Shown here one piece after another: positions 1 to 8,655 of a DNA stretch of 64,000 nt. Position 1 is the first letter of the stretch. Each line of letters begins with the position of its first letter. The stretch lies in IMG/VR virus record IMGVR_UViG_3300002220_000568, positions 1,660-65,659 of that record; one strand, written 5' to 3'. This stretch comes from a virus. Taxonomy: Duplodnaviria > Caudoviricetes. The notes beneath the pieces are model-generated. The model had not been told where the DNA came from. It did not search any database and saw only the letters and a program-made list of their open reading frames with translations. A program made the position numbers and the translations under genes.

Positions 1-133
1 AACCTAACCCAGCTTTCTCGAGATGTTCGAGTAAAAGCTTTGGCTTAAGCGGACTCTTACTGAAGTTTCCGTTTATGTCCGACTGAAGTACTTGTTTAGG
101 ATTGTAAAAAACCCGTATCTTGTTTGAGCGCAT
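1..133 (-). CDS. 5' part of a gene running off the left edge; possibly histone-deacetylase (HDAC/AcuC) family
   Basis: Hand-translated: ATG at 133, MRSNKIRVFYNPKQVLQSDINGNFSKSPLKPKLLLEHLEKAGLG, open to the edge. Promoter at 151-183. Family call rests on N-terminal resemblance only. Confidence 0.4.
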   Translation of the reverse strand, partial: MRSNKIRVFYNPKQVLQSDINGNFSKSPLKPKLLLEHLEKAGLG

Positions 134-222
134 AGTATTAGAATTATACTGCAAATATAAAAAAACTGGCTGACAGGAAAAAATGCAGGCTGACTAAAGA
201 CTTACGCAGTTACTAGGGAGTA

Positions 223-813
223 CTATGCTGGTATGCCAGCTTCCTCCAGCGCTTTATCGAACGCAACCTGATAGATGATCTTCTCAGCACTGTTACCTTG
301 GAAATTTGCTGACTTGGTTGGTGGTAACATTCCTAATGAAGCCATGATATTTGCTACTGCATCCATATCATCTTCATCTTGATGGCTTGCTGGATCAGCT
401 GCAACTTCTCCGTCTCGAAGTCCGATTCTCCAAGCAGCTACATACTTCTTATGCTGAGGTTCCAATTCAATAATCCGATCAATGAATGGTTGCAGAACTG
501 GACCTGGACCCCATTCGTTGTATACTGCTTGCATTCTAGCGATAAGCTTTCCTGGATCAGTAATCACTTTAGCCATTTTACCAGCATTACCGATTGCGAT
601 CTGCAAAGGCGTCATGGAATCGCGCGTATTGATTTTGCGCTTACTAAGCTCCTTAGCTCGCATCTCGTCTTTAGCATTGACTTGATAGTAATCAGAAGTT
701 CCGTTTGCAGATCCGTATCCTCCACGATAACCATACGGTCCACGTCTGTGGTGTCTCATCTCGTTTATTTTTGATTCATTAATGAATGACGTAAATGACA
801 TTACTAGTGACAT
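223..813 (-). CDS. Late virion/internal-head protein with capsid-targeting-like leader
   Basis: N-terminus MSLVMSFTSFINESKINE; TATAAATA at 833-840 upstream. Confidence 0.65.
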   Translation of the reverse strand: MSLVMSFTSFINESKINEMRHHRRGPYGYRGGYGSANGTSDYYQVNAKDEMRAKELSKRKINTRDSMTPLQIAIGNAGKMAKVITDPGKLIARMQAVYNEWGPGPVLQPFIDRIIELEPQHKKYVAAWRIGLRDGEVAADPASHQDEDDMDAVANIMASLGMLPPTKSANFQGNSAEKIIYQVAFDKALEEAGIPA

Positions 814-859
814 AGGTTGCTGGCTTTATACTTATTTATAACCAGCAACCGACACCCGC

Positions 860-1117
860 TTAGGGCTTCAGAAACACTTGAGTAGTGACTTGTAAACTGC
901 GCCAAGCTTGACGAGTAAAATCCCAATAAGGAACCACTCTTGGTGAGGATTGACGAACACCGGCAGGATGACCACTCGTTGGAATAGCAGACAACATTGT
1001 AGTCCCGATCGCTTCCCTGAGAGTGCCGTCTTTTTTGACATAATAGAATGAAACAACTCTCTGGTTGAGAGCTGTCCGAAGGTCTTCGGCTGTCATTGGT
1101 GGAAGTGAGTTACTCAT
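860..1117 (-). CDS. SH3 beta-barrel / WYL_2 (DUF2693-like) protein
   Basis: VSFYYVKKDGTLREAIGT...YWDFTRQAWRS pattern; own early promoter. Confidence 0.7.
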   Translation of the reverse strand: MSNSLPPMTAEDLRTALNQRVVSFYYVKKDGTLREAIGTTMLSAIPTSGHPAGVRQSSPRVVPYWDFTRQAWRSLQVTTQVFLKP

Positions 1118-1273
1118 GGCGAAAGTGTTAGTTGATTAATATGAAGTAAATTTAACCAATATGATTGAAAGGAAAAAATGGTAGTGAAAATAATTTGTAC
1201 TAGTTACTAGGGAGTAATACATATAATGCTGTGGCAGGTCGGAGTCTACCCGATCTTCGTCCTCAAACGAACC

Positions 1274-1297
1274 AAGCCAACCCGAGTGGGTTGGCTT
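1274..1297 (-). terminator. Intrinsic terminator-like hairpin
   Basis: aagccaaccc-gagt-gggttggctt, 10-bp stem just after the 1313 stop codon. Confidence 0.6.
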
Positions 1298-1312
1298 CAG
1301 TTGATATGATAT

Positions 1313-1870
1313 TTAGATTGCTTCGACTGGTGCGAAAATCTCTGCGACCTTAATGTCTTTTGCTGCAAGTTCGCGTTCGAGGTTTTTCATGCAAACTGGG
1401 CCGATTCCAGTGTATATTGATTCAGGATGTGTAAGTGTTAAACCACAATGGCAGCATTTGTTCTCGTGAAAGAGGGCAACTTTGTTGTGAACGAGTCCAT
1501 CAACAGTTGAAGGAGTTCCTCTAAGAACAACTGGATTCTGAATGGCTCCGACCATCCATCTGAAAACTTGAGCAAGACGATCATTTGCCGGAACTTCACG
1601 TGATACCCACATACGAATTTGTGGTTGGTCTGTGAAAATCAAACCTGCATAGCGTTTGCGGGTTTCGCCGTCACCAAGTAAACTGATCCATACGTTATAC
1701 GCTGGCAATTTGATCTTGCGATCTTTCTTGTCGCGTTTTTGACGAATGATGGCTGTGAAGTGTGAGCCAGTTTCGACATTACGAAAGGTCAATATTGCGC
1801 GACCGGCAAGTGCAAGTACCGGAAGAGCAAGTGGGTTGACGTTTGGACGGGGTGCGGTTAAGTTTTTCAT
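1313..1870 (-). CDS. DUF6011-like zinc-binding protein
   Basis: CCHCGLTLTHPESIYTGIGPVC motif. Start moved to ATG 1870 (MKNLTAP), downstream of the promoter at 1895. Confidence 0.7.
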   Translation of the reverse strand: MKNLTAPRPNVNPLALPVLALAGRAILTFRNVETGSHFTAIIRQKRDKKDRKIKLPAYNVWISLLGDGETRKRYAGLIFTDQPQIRMWVSREVPANDRLAQVFRWMVGAIQNPVVLRGTPSTVDGLVHNKVALFHENKCCHCGLTLTHPESIYTGIGPVCMKNLERELAAKDIKVAEIFAPVEAI

Positions 1871-2051
1871 GTGGCGTGTTTGATTAATTATAAGGCAAAT
1901 ATAACCAGATTCCACGAAAGGAAAAAATCAGAGCAAAATTTATCTTTACAAATACTGGTGTTGGTCGGAGTATACCCTCTGCGGTTGTCAGCCGAACTAA
2001 ATATAGAGTAAATCTAATACTTTAGTTCGACAGTAAAAAATCAGAGTACTA

Positions 2052-2591
2052 TTAATTCGAGATTATTGAATATGCTAAACCTACTTTTATTCGTTCACTC
2101 GTGCCTAGCCCAAGATAGAATCTTGCCCAATCACAGAGTGGAATAATACCGATTACCCCAAAGTTATAGTATTTCTGGATATTGCCGAAGTAATAAGCCT
2201 TGCTGTCAAAGGTATTTCTCTCGCTTATGTATATCTCCTTACCTATGGTTAGTCCAATAGCCGGACCTATTTGAATAGATTCATTAATTTTAAACAGGTA
2301 TCCAGTATTTACTGAGTATAGTCTGATTCTATGTGGATCATATGCAGGCCTGTTCTCGTCGGTTTCTTCGCCGCCATATGTTGCTGCTAAATTGCTGCCA
2401 ATGTTAATGTAAAACTGTTGCAGTACAACAGTTCCATGAATTGCAATGTTCGACGAAGCATATGTATTAATGTCAAAGATCGATCCACCGAACCCAAGTT
2501 CTAGAATTGGTTTCTTATTATGGAAGTTACATTGCTGCGAGTACAATAGACTCGGCATTACAAGCAATAATATACAAAGCAGTTTTTTCAT
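2052..2591 (-). CDS. Secreted outer-membrane beta-barrel-like protein
   Basis: Signal peptide MKKLLCILLLVMPSLLYS|Q; alternating beta-strand patterns (ELGFGGS, YINIGSN, IGPAIGLTIG, FYLGLG, VGLAY). Confidence 0.55.
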   Translation of the reverse strand: MKKLLCILLLVMPSLLYSQQCNFHNKKPILELGFGGSIFDINTYASSNIAIHGTVVLQQFYINIGSNLAATYGGEETDENRPAYDPHRIRLYSVNTGYLFKINESIQIGPAIGLTIGKEIYISERNTFDSKAYYFGNIQKYYNFGVIGIIPLCDWARFYLGLGTSERIKVGLAYSIISN

Positions 2592-2593
2592 AA

Positions 2594-2857
2594 TTACTTT
2601 TTTTGGTTACGACTTACATATTTAGTGATTTCGATTTCAGCTAGCGCATAAAGTGCTCCACCTGCTTGCTTAAAATAAGCGCTTGGGAAGTCCCTACCGT
2701 GTTCCCTACAAAGGGTTCGAGTAATAGCCCAAAGTTCCTCGAATGTTAGCTTCTGACGAAGAAGATCGTCCAAATCTGCAGAATCCTTAGTAAGTGGAAA
2801 GTTCTCTTCAACAAACTTTTTGAGGATAACTCTCGACTGATCGGCCGTGATTCTCAT
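2594..2857 (-). CDS. Hypothetical protein
   Basis: 87-aa ORF directly after promoter 2884-2916. Confidence 0.65.
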   Translation of the reverse strand: MRITADQSRVILKKFVEENFPLTKDSADLDDLLRQKLTFEELWAITRTLCREHGRDFPSAYFKQAGGALYALAEIEITKYVSRNQKK

Positions 2858-2965
2858 ACCATTGTGAGTTTAGTTAAACATAAGCTAATATAAAACATAT
2901 GGCTGAAAGGAAAAAATCCCGCAGGAACTCGCCACAAATTCCCACGGGATACCCGAAACACAGGT

Positions 2966-3151
2966 TTATTCGGTAACTTCTGCAAGGTCTTGTGAAAGTA
3001 TCCAATCTCGCAGGTAGTCCATTTGCTGAGTAAATGGTAAACCTTTAATATGAGGAGCCTCAATAAAATCCAATAACTGTTGGTCAGTGAGCTCTTGCAG
3101 ATTGATATATGCATACTGCTCACGAAAATAATCGCGGATTTGTTCGATCAT
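2966..3151 (-). CDS. Hypothetical protein
   Basis: 61-aa ORF directly after promoter 3173-3205. Confidence 0.65.
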   Translation of the reverse strand: MIEQIRDYFREQYAYINLQELTDQQLLDFIEAPHIKGLPFTQQMDYLRDWILSQDLAEVTE

Positions 3152-3205
3152 GAGTTATAGTTTTAATGTAAGGCAAATATAATCCAAGATTCTGACAGGA
3201 AAAAA

Positions 3206-4105
3206 TCAATCAGTTAAATACCTGAACTCTTCGTCAACCTGAGTTTTTAGTTTTTCTAAAGCTTTATCTCGAATTTGTCTAGTCCGTTCAGGAGAAATTT
3301 TAAGATCCTTTGATATCAAGTCCAATGTTTTGGGCTTATTGACCAGACCATAAAACTCTTGAATTACCTGGCGTTCGGTAACATTTAGATACTTCAATTT
3401 AGTAAAGATCTCTTTTCTAATCGTAGACTTCATGTCGCTCGAGAATTCCTCAGTTGTCAGATCCTGGGTTGGAGGAATAAGCGAGTCTTCGTTTGGATAC
3501 CGATCGTCATCAGTAGAATCAAAAGATCCGTCTATTGAAACGGTCTCGATCTTGCAGTTAATTGATAAACTCTCAACATACTCATCTGAGTACTGGTGGT
3601 TTGGGTTTAAAGTATTTAGATAATCTGTAATTTCTGAAAAAACAGGTTTACGACCTAGTTCCTGCTCGAGTACTCTTTCTGCTCTTCTTAACTTGTGCAT
3701 AGCACTTTGTCTATCGCTAGTTATCTTAACAGTTGGATGTATCTGCGAGATATACTTGAGAATACTGTCTCTTATCCACCAAACAGCATATGTAATAAAC
3801 TTAACTTCTCTGGTTTCGTCAAACTTATGAGCTGCTTTAATTAATCCTAGATTTCCTTCATTAACGAGATCCTCAATCGGAGCAAACACACTGAACTGGT
3901 TTGCAACACTAATTACAAACCTAAGATTCGAGTTCACTAATTCATTGAGCGCGACTCTATCCCCGGCCCGGATCCTTTTTGCTAGATCTGCTTCTTCGCT
4001 CATGGTAAGCGAGAAACTCAGATCCTTTACATCAGCTAGATACTGATTGAAAGACTCTGATTTATCTGCAGTTGTTAGCGGTCTGCTTATTACTAGTGGT
4101 TTCAT
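3206..4105 (-). CDS. RNA polymerase sigma-70 factor, RpoD/SigA-like, lacking region 1.1
   Basis: Region 1.2 YLADV; region 2 NLRFVISVANQF, DLVNEGNLGLIKAAHKFD, KFITYAVWWIR; region 4 TLDLISKDLKISPERTRQI. Confidence 0.95.
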   Translation of the reverse strand: MKPLVISRPLTTADKSESFNQYLADVKDLSFSLTMSEEADLAKRIRAGDRVALNELVNSNLRFVISVANQFSVFAPIEDLVNEGNLGLIKAAHKFDETREVKFITYAVWWIRDSILKYISQIHPTVKITSDRQSAMHKLRRAERVLEQELGRKPVFSEITDYLNTLNPNHQYSDEYVESLSINCKIETVSIDGSFDSTDDDRYPNEDSLIPPTQDLTTEEFSSDMKSTIRKEIFTKLKYLNVTERQVIQEFYGLVNKPKTLDLISKDLKISPERTRQIRDKALEKLKTQVDEEFRYLTD

Positions 4106-4114
4106 ATTCTTATA

Positions 4115-4396
4115 TTAACGAGAAAGTCTCTTGCGTCTCCGAGTATCAGACGTTTGATTAAGATCATATACAATCGATTGTGCAATAGTCCGTATGGCAA
4201 GATCATGTTCTGGGGATACTGTCTGTATCGTAGGTATTGTAATAAGAAAGTCTCCATCTTGAAAATGTCCAAGATAAAGTCTGATCTTTCCACGTGTACG
4301 ATTGTGTATTTTAAAATCCCAAGTACGTACATCCAATAATATGGAATTATCTCGACGCTTCCATGCATCCGGTTCTGGTAAATGGTAGTTCATCAT
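4115..4396 (-). CDS. Hypothetical protein
   Basis: 93-aa ORF after promoter 4415-4447. Confidence 0.6.
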   Translation of the reverse strand: MMNYHLPEPDAWKRRDNSILLDVRTWDFKIHNRTRGKIRLYLGHFQDGDFLITIPTIQTVSPEHDLAIRTIAQSIVYDLNQTSDTRRRKRLSR

Positions 4397-4447
4397 ATAG
4401 AGTAGTAATTATTAGCTAAAATAATTAACTAAACTGACAGGAAAAAG

Positions 4448-4627
4448 TCAGTACTTACCAGTATTCTGAATGATTGAATATCTTACTTTATATACAACTT
4501 CATTAAGTGTATCAAAGAGTCTTGGGTTAAACAGAATTCTGCAATTCTTGCTGCAAAACCTATCTAATTCGTCTTGTGTTTGGCACGCATTCGCGCCATT
4601 TGTAAATTCCTCAATTTGTTTTTCCAT
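4448..4627 (-). CDS. Small hypothetical protein (59 aa, not in the ORF track)
   Basis: Hand-translated MEKQIEEFTNGANACQTQDELDRFCSKNCRILF...GKY; follows promoter 4647-4679. Confidence 0.6.
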   Translation of the reverse strand: MEKQIEEFTNGANACQTQDELDRFCSKNCRILFNPRLFDTLNEVVYKVRYSIIQNTGKY

Positions 4628-4689
4628 TGTCTAGTTATTAAGGTAAGCAAATATAATCCTATCCCCCAATAGGAAAAAATCCGCCATGT

Positions 4690-4896
4690 TTATACTTTAT
4701 TTTTCACGCTACGCTCTCGTCTGCTTTTCAGATGTTTATCTACAATATCATCTAACTCTTGCAGTTTCTCACGTTCGTATTCGGTAATAATATGTTTTTT
4801 ATACCGTCTCCATGCTGGGCCAAACCCAAAGCCGAAAATCATACCGACCATATATCCAATTATGATACCGGCCATAAATACTAAGAACATTGGCAT
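4690..4896 (-). CDS. Small membrane protein
   Basis: N-terminal hydrophobic helix followed by a charged tail. Confidence 0.55.
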   Translation of the reverse strand: MPMFLVFMAGIIIGYMVGMIFGFGFGPAWRRYKKHIITEYEREKLQELDDIVDKHLKSRRERSVKNKV

Positions 4897-4922
4897 TGTT
4901 TATCAGTTTTTTATTTGTGAAA

Positions 4923-5267
4923 TTAATTAATTATTGAACTCTTAAAGTGAATATCAATGTTTCCGTGACTAGACATTCCACTTGCACCATGGTTTTTTTC
5001 ATCTTTTATGAACTCTTCTTCAGGTGAAAAGAATACATATACTCGGGATGTATCTAACAGCGACGGATTTTGCGGTATACAGTCATTCACTAAATAATTA
5101 GGTTTATACCGGGTCTTATCTCCAAGACTGATACGAGAGTATAATATAGAATTAACTGAGTATGATTCATTTGCATGAAAAATTGTAACACCATTGTAGA
5201 CAACATCCTGTATACATAGTAAAATGTCTCCACTTTTATATTTGGTGTTAAATGCTAAATGATCCAT
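4923..5267 (-). CDS. Hypothetical protein
   Basis: 114-aa ORF in a tightly packed operon. Confidence 0.55.
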   Translation of the reverse strand: MDHLAFNTKYKSGDILLCIQDVVYNGVTIFHANESYSVNSILYSRISLGDKTRYKPNYLVNDCIPQNPSLLDTSRVYVFFSPEEEFIKDEKNHGASGMSSHGNIDIHFKSSIIN

Positions 5268-5516
5268 CTAGTTGTATTTTTTTATTTGTGAAATCATTTG
5301 TCTGAAGTTAAGTTCTTCCTCGAGAGCAAGTTCAGCAATAATCATACCTTCTTCTACTGACCAAGTCTCATTTGGATTTGGCACGAACTTCTTTGTTTTA
5401 CCAAACATGGTATAAACGCCAGTTACCAAGTTTTGGCGATCGGTTCTTAACCAGACTTTGCCTAGTTCAGTATTCCCGCTCGAGTGTCTCTCAATAACAG
5501 GCGTCCAGTTTATCAT
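5268..5516 (-). CDS. Hypothetical protein
   Basis: 82-aa ORF; ATGA overlap with the upstream gene. Confidence 0.6.
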   Translation of the reverse strand: MINWTPVIERHSSGNTELGKVWLRTDRQNLVTGVYTMFGKTKKFVPNPNETWSVEEGMIIAELALEEELNFRQMISQIKKYN

Positions 5517-5821
5517 AACCCTAATTCCTTTCTTGATTCGTCATCCCAATTTGCAGGTACTTTTGCATCTATCATATATGCATAGTCGCTTGCAGCCCGG
5601 TCGAGTTCATTGAATTTAACGTCTACTGTAAGGTAGCTACCAAAATCATGAGGATTACTCTGTATGAATAATTTTGCTTGTTCTGGTGGTTCACCGAATT
5701 CTCGTATCAATTGATTTAAAAATGTACGACACTCTTTACGAGCAAGGTCAGGCTCATATGTTTCGCCTAACTGTTGACAGGGTTCGTCATACGGTACAGG
5801 TCCAAAGCTTAAATTTTCCAT
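5513..5821 (-). CDS. Conserved phage hypothetical protein
   Basis: GPVPYDEPCQQLG...NPHDFGSY; after promoter 5838-5870. Confidence 0.7.
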   Translation of the reverse strand: MENLSFGPVPYDEPCQQLGETYEPDLARKECRTFLNQLIREFGEPPEQAKLFIQSNPHDFGSYLTVDVKFNELDRAASDYAYMIDAKVPANWDDESRKELGL

Positions 5822-5873
5822 CTCTTATTAACGTTAAGTAAATATACCACAAATTATCAAAAGGAAAAAATCA

Positions 5874-6083
5874 CTATTCTTCAGGTATTTCAGAACTGTT
5901 ATGCTTCAGTTTTCGAGAGTACTTTTGGCCTGAACAACCTGCACAACTACATGGAGATCCAGTTGATTTGAAAACATAGAAATCTCCGGTCTTATTCAAG
6001 AAAGACTTCCATAGATTATGTTTTTTCAATCGGTTTTTAAATTTGATCTTGGTCTTGCGCTCTCGCTCTGCTTTATTTGTCAT
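5874..6083 (-). CDS. Small basic protein with CxCxxC motif
   Basis: Start moved to ATG 6083 (MTNKAERERKTK); PCSCAGCS; AGTATATT box at 6103-6110. Confidence 0.6.
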   Translation of the reverse strand: MTNKAERERKTKIKFKNRLKKHNLWKSFLNKTGDFYVFKSTGSPCSCAGCSGQKYSRKLKHNSSEIPEE

Positions 6084-6112
6084 GGAATTCTGTTGTTTTT
6101 TTAATATACTAT

Positions 6113-6262
6113 TAAAAACGAGATTGGGACCCAAGCAGAAGGGTCCCAATCTATTCGACGGATTAGGTCGAATTTAAAGAAAACAGCATACTGTTTTCGC
6201 TTCCTAACTAACTAACTTTGTATCCATCTAACTAAACCTATGTATCAGATCCTACCCTACAC
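6113..6262 (-). ncRNA. Candidate structured small RNA with three tandem hairpins
   Basis: Perfect stems 6179-6186/6191-6198, 6153-6159/6167-6173 and 6121-6132/6141-6152; late promoter GATAAATA at 6268-6275 upstream; T-run after the last stem. Confidence 0.45.
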
Positions 6263-6287
6263 GAAATTATTTATCTATGACTTAAAA

Positions 6288-6542
6288 CTAACTTTTCTCG
6301 AGTTTCTTGGGCTCGTTAATAGTTACGTTTGGTTTAAATATCATACTAGTTAAAAAGGATATACCCCATGCTTGAATTGCAGATATAATCGGTAATTCAA
6401 AAAGTTCAGGCATAAGCCAGTTCCATAACCATTTGATTGGAAATGCAAGAAGAAAAGATATAATAATACCACCAATTACTGTTAGTACCGCTACTCTAAT
6501 CTGTCTCTTTGCTAGTACGCTAGGCTTTAATTGTTCGTGCAT
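6288..6542 (-). CDS. Membrane protein, paralog of 7028-7318
   Basis: Two hydrophobic segments; WLWNWLMPELFELPIISAIQAWG; ATG at 6542 preferred as start. Confidence 0.65.
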   Translation of the reverse strand: MHEQLKPSVLAKRQIRVAVLTVIGGIIISFLLAFPIKWLWNWLMPELFELPIISAIQAWGISFLTSMIFKPNVTINEPKKLEKS

Positions 6543-6598
6543 TTTATTAAATGTTGCTTTAATTCTTCTACAATCGAAGATCAAAAGGTTTTAAATAC

Positions 6599-6633
6599 GA
6601 AACGCTAACCCGTGCTTTATAGGTTAGCGTTTC
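6599..6633. terminator. Terminator-like hairpin
   Basis: gaaacgctaacc / ggttagcgtttc, 12-bp inverted repeat. Confidence 0.6.
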
Positions 6634-6730
6634 TTATCAGTTAGTCTTTGAGTGGTGACTTCCACTACAACTGATAGCCATTGCCGCCTCGCGACCTTGT
6701 GTTTAAGGCTTTACGGTTGGACTTCGCTTC

Positions 6731-6985
6731 TTATATAACTTGCAAGAACTTTGTATCGCCAACAAAAGTTTTTCCTTTACGAAACTTAGTACCGACGATT
6801 TGTCCTCTATCATCAAGCAAAAATTCTTGAGCAAGATGAACAAGAAAACCTCGGCGGATCCGGTTTTTTAAAGTTCTGTTAGTTTCTTTTCTTAATTCTC
6901 GATAATCTGACATTGACATATTGTCAGGTCTTTCATTGATTGGTTTTGGCGCAGTTGGCAAAACTGTAGCATTACGATGTTTCAT
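6731..6985 (-). CDS. Small basic hypothetical protein
   Basis: 84-aa K/R-rich ORF; the frame stays open for 21 more codons after the TAA. Confidence 0.6.
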   Translation of the reverse strand: MKHRNATVLPTAPKPINERPDNMSMSDYRELRKETNRTLKNRIRRGFLVHLAQEFLLDDRGQIVGTKFRKGKTFVGDTKFLQVI

Positions 6986-7027
6986 AAGTATTGTATAATT
7001 TTAAGAAAAATATATGATAGTAAAAAT

Positions 7028-7318
7028 TTAAAAGATAAGAGCATTAATAAACCAACCAACAAATAGGGCTACCCATGGATGTAATAATCGTGAAACCATT
7101 TCATTCTTCATATCATATTCTTTTGGTGTTATATAATGGCTGTGAAATAGTCCAATAACTAACATTAACCCAATCGCTTGATAAAAAGTCAGAACAGGAA
7201 GATTCTCGAAGACAGGTAATACAAACCAACCCCAAAACTTAAAGAGTACTAGACCCCAAGAAAAACTGGTGTAAACAAGTAATAGTCCAACGATGATAAT
7301 TGCGATTATAAGTTCCAT
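7028..7318 (-). CDS. Membrane protein, paralog of 6288-6542
   Basis: Three hydrophobic segments; FWGWFVLPVFENLPVLTFYQAIG. Confidence 0.7.
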   Translation of the reverse strand: MELIIAIIIVGLLLVYTSFSWGLVLFKFWGWFVLPVFENLPVLTFYQAIGLMLVIGLFHSHYITPKEYDMKNEMVSRLLHPWVALFVGWFINALIF

Positions 7319-7323
7319 CAGTA

Positions 7324-7539
7324 TTATTTTTTAAGTTTGCGTTTAATTTCTGCTTGCAATTTCAGTTGGTCATTGAGATCAGTTGGCACGTTTAATACGC
7401 CCATTTCTCTTGACAACTGTTTCCAGTTAGGAAGATTTAAAAATAGTCGACGCAGCCCGTCAACATAACCAGATTTAAGAGCCTTTAATTCCTGGTAATC
7501 AGGATTGTCTCGCCTCAGTGTTTTGTTTGAATTTGACAT
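7324..7539 (-). CDS. Hypothetical protein
   Basis: 71-aa ORF in operon. Confidence 0.55.
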   Translation of the reverse strand: MSNSNKTLRRDNPDYQELKALKSGYVDGLRRLFLNLPNWKQLSREMGVLNVPTDLNDQLKLQAEIKRKLKK

Positions 7540-7657
7540 AGAAATTTATTTACTATATTTGGTTTTAAGAGATCTTAGTATAAACTCTCGATATCCTTGC
7601 ATCGACCGATTTGGAAGTTTCATAGCTTATTTTACTTGATCTGTTGATTTAGTTTTA

Positions 7658-7921
7658 TTAGTCACTATCAATCCAACCGGTCTTGCGGCCATTGGTTTTT
7701 CTTAAGTAATCAAATGGAGTAGGATAGCATATCGTTTTACCAAAGCGGCCGACTGGTACTTCCATCCAATTTTGAGTTAGCTTATTCCACTCTGTTTTCG
7801 GAATCCATTTAAAGTTCCAGAACAGATATACTATTGCAAACACGGCAAATGCAATTGGAAAGAGAATGTATATTGTCAAAAGCAATACTAGAAAATACAG
7901 AAATCTGAAGAGGTGTTTCAT
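7658..7921 (-). CDS. Small membrane protein
   Basis: Long N-terminal hydrophobic stretch. Confidence 0.6.
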   Translation of the reverse strand: MKHLFRFLYFLVLLLTIYILFPIAFAVFAIVYLFWNFKWIPKTEWNKLTQNWMEVPVGRFGKTICYPTPFDYLRKTNGRKTGWIDSD

Positions 7922-7955
7922 ATTGATTTGTTTTACTTAGTTTATATTTCAGTTA

Positions 7956-8342
7956 TTATAACTCGAGGGCTTCCCAACGCAATTCATCACCGCTACCACA
8001 ATTAACGGTTTTAAGCTTAACACAATATTCGATGTCTTCAAATTCGCACATTACCTGGTTACCGATGATCTCGATTACTCGCATTAATTCTGATCTGTTT
8101 AGATCACGAACATATGCTCGAATCATTGAGCCAACTTTTGGTGCCTTTGCTTTATTTTCAGCAACTGAGACAGGCCGGTCAGGTTCTCTACGCAAAGCTT
8201 CTTGTTCAGCATAAACGATTGCCTCAATGTCAGAAACCATCTGGTCAAGGTTATCAATACTGAATTCAATATACGTGATACCTTCTCCATAATTAAGGAT
8301 GGCATCTTTAATCTTGTTTCGAGTTTCTTTTGAAAAGACCAT
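7956..8342 (-). CDS. Hypothetical protein
   Basis: 128-aa ORF after promoter 8365-8397. Confidence 0.65.
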   Translation of the reverse strand: MVFSKETRNKIKDAILNYGEGITYIEFSIDNLDQMVSDIEAIVYAEQEALRREPDRPVSVAENKAKAPKVGSMIRAYVRDLNRSELMRVIEIIGNQVMCEFEDIEYCVKLKTVNCGSGDELRWEALEL

Positions 8343-8404
8343 GACGTATCAGTTTGATTGTTAAGCTAATATAGAACTAATTTGCGTCAGTAAAAAATCC
8401 AGAC

Positions 8405-8599
8405 TTACTTATAATAGGCCACGACCAACAGCACATAGCCGGCTACAATAATAAGAGCCTCAAGCATATTTAATGCGAGCATGTACCAAGGCATTTTTAC
8501 ACCATCTGGTTTTTTTACAAGTAGCGAAATTGCGCCAACCAAAAAACGAGAGGCATTAACTCCAAGAATGATAATGGCAAGCAAGACTAACATATTCAT
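8405..8599 (-). CDS. Small two-TM membrane protein
   Basis: Two hydrophobic helices; after promoter 8623-8655. Confidence 0.65.
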   Translation of the reverse strand: MNMLVLLAIIILGVNASRFLVGAISLLVKKPDGVKMPWYMLALNMLEALIIVAGYVLLVVAYYK

Positions 8600-8655
8600 G
8601 TGTTTGGTTTTTAATTGTTTAAGCTAATATAGAACTAATGGACGAAAGGAAAAAA

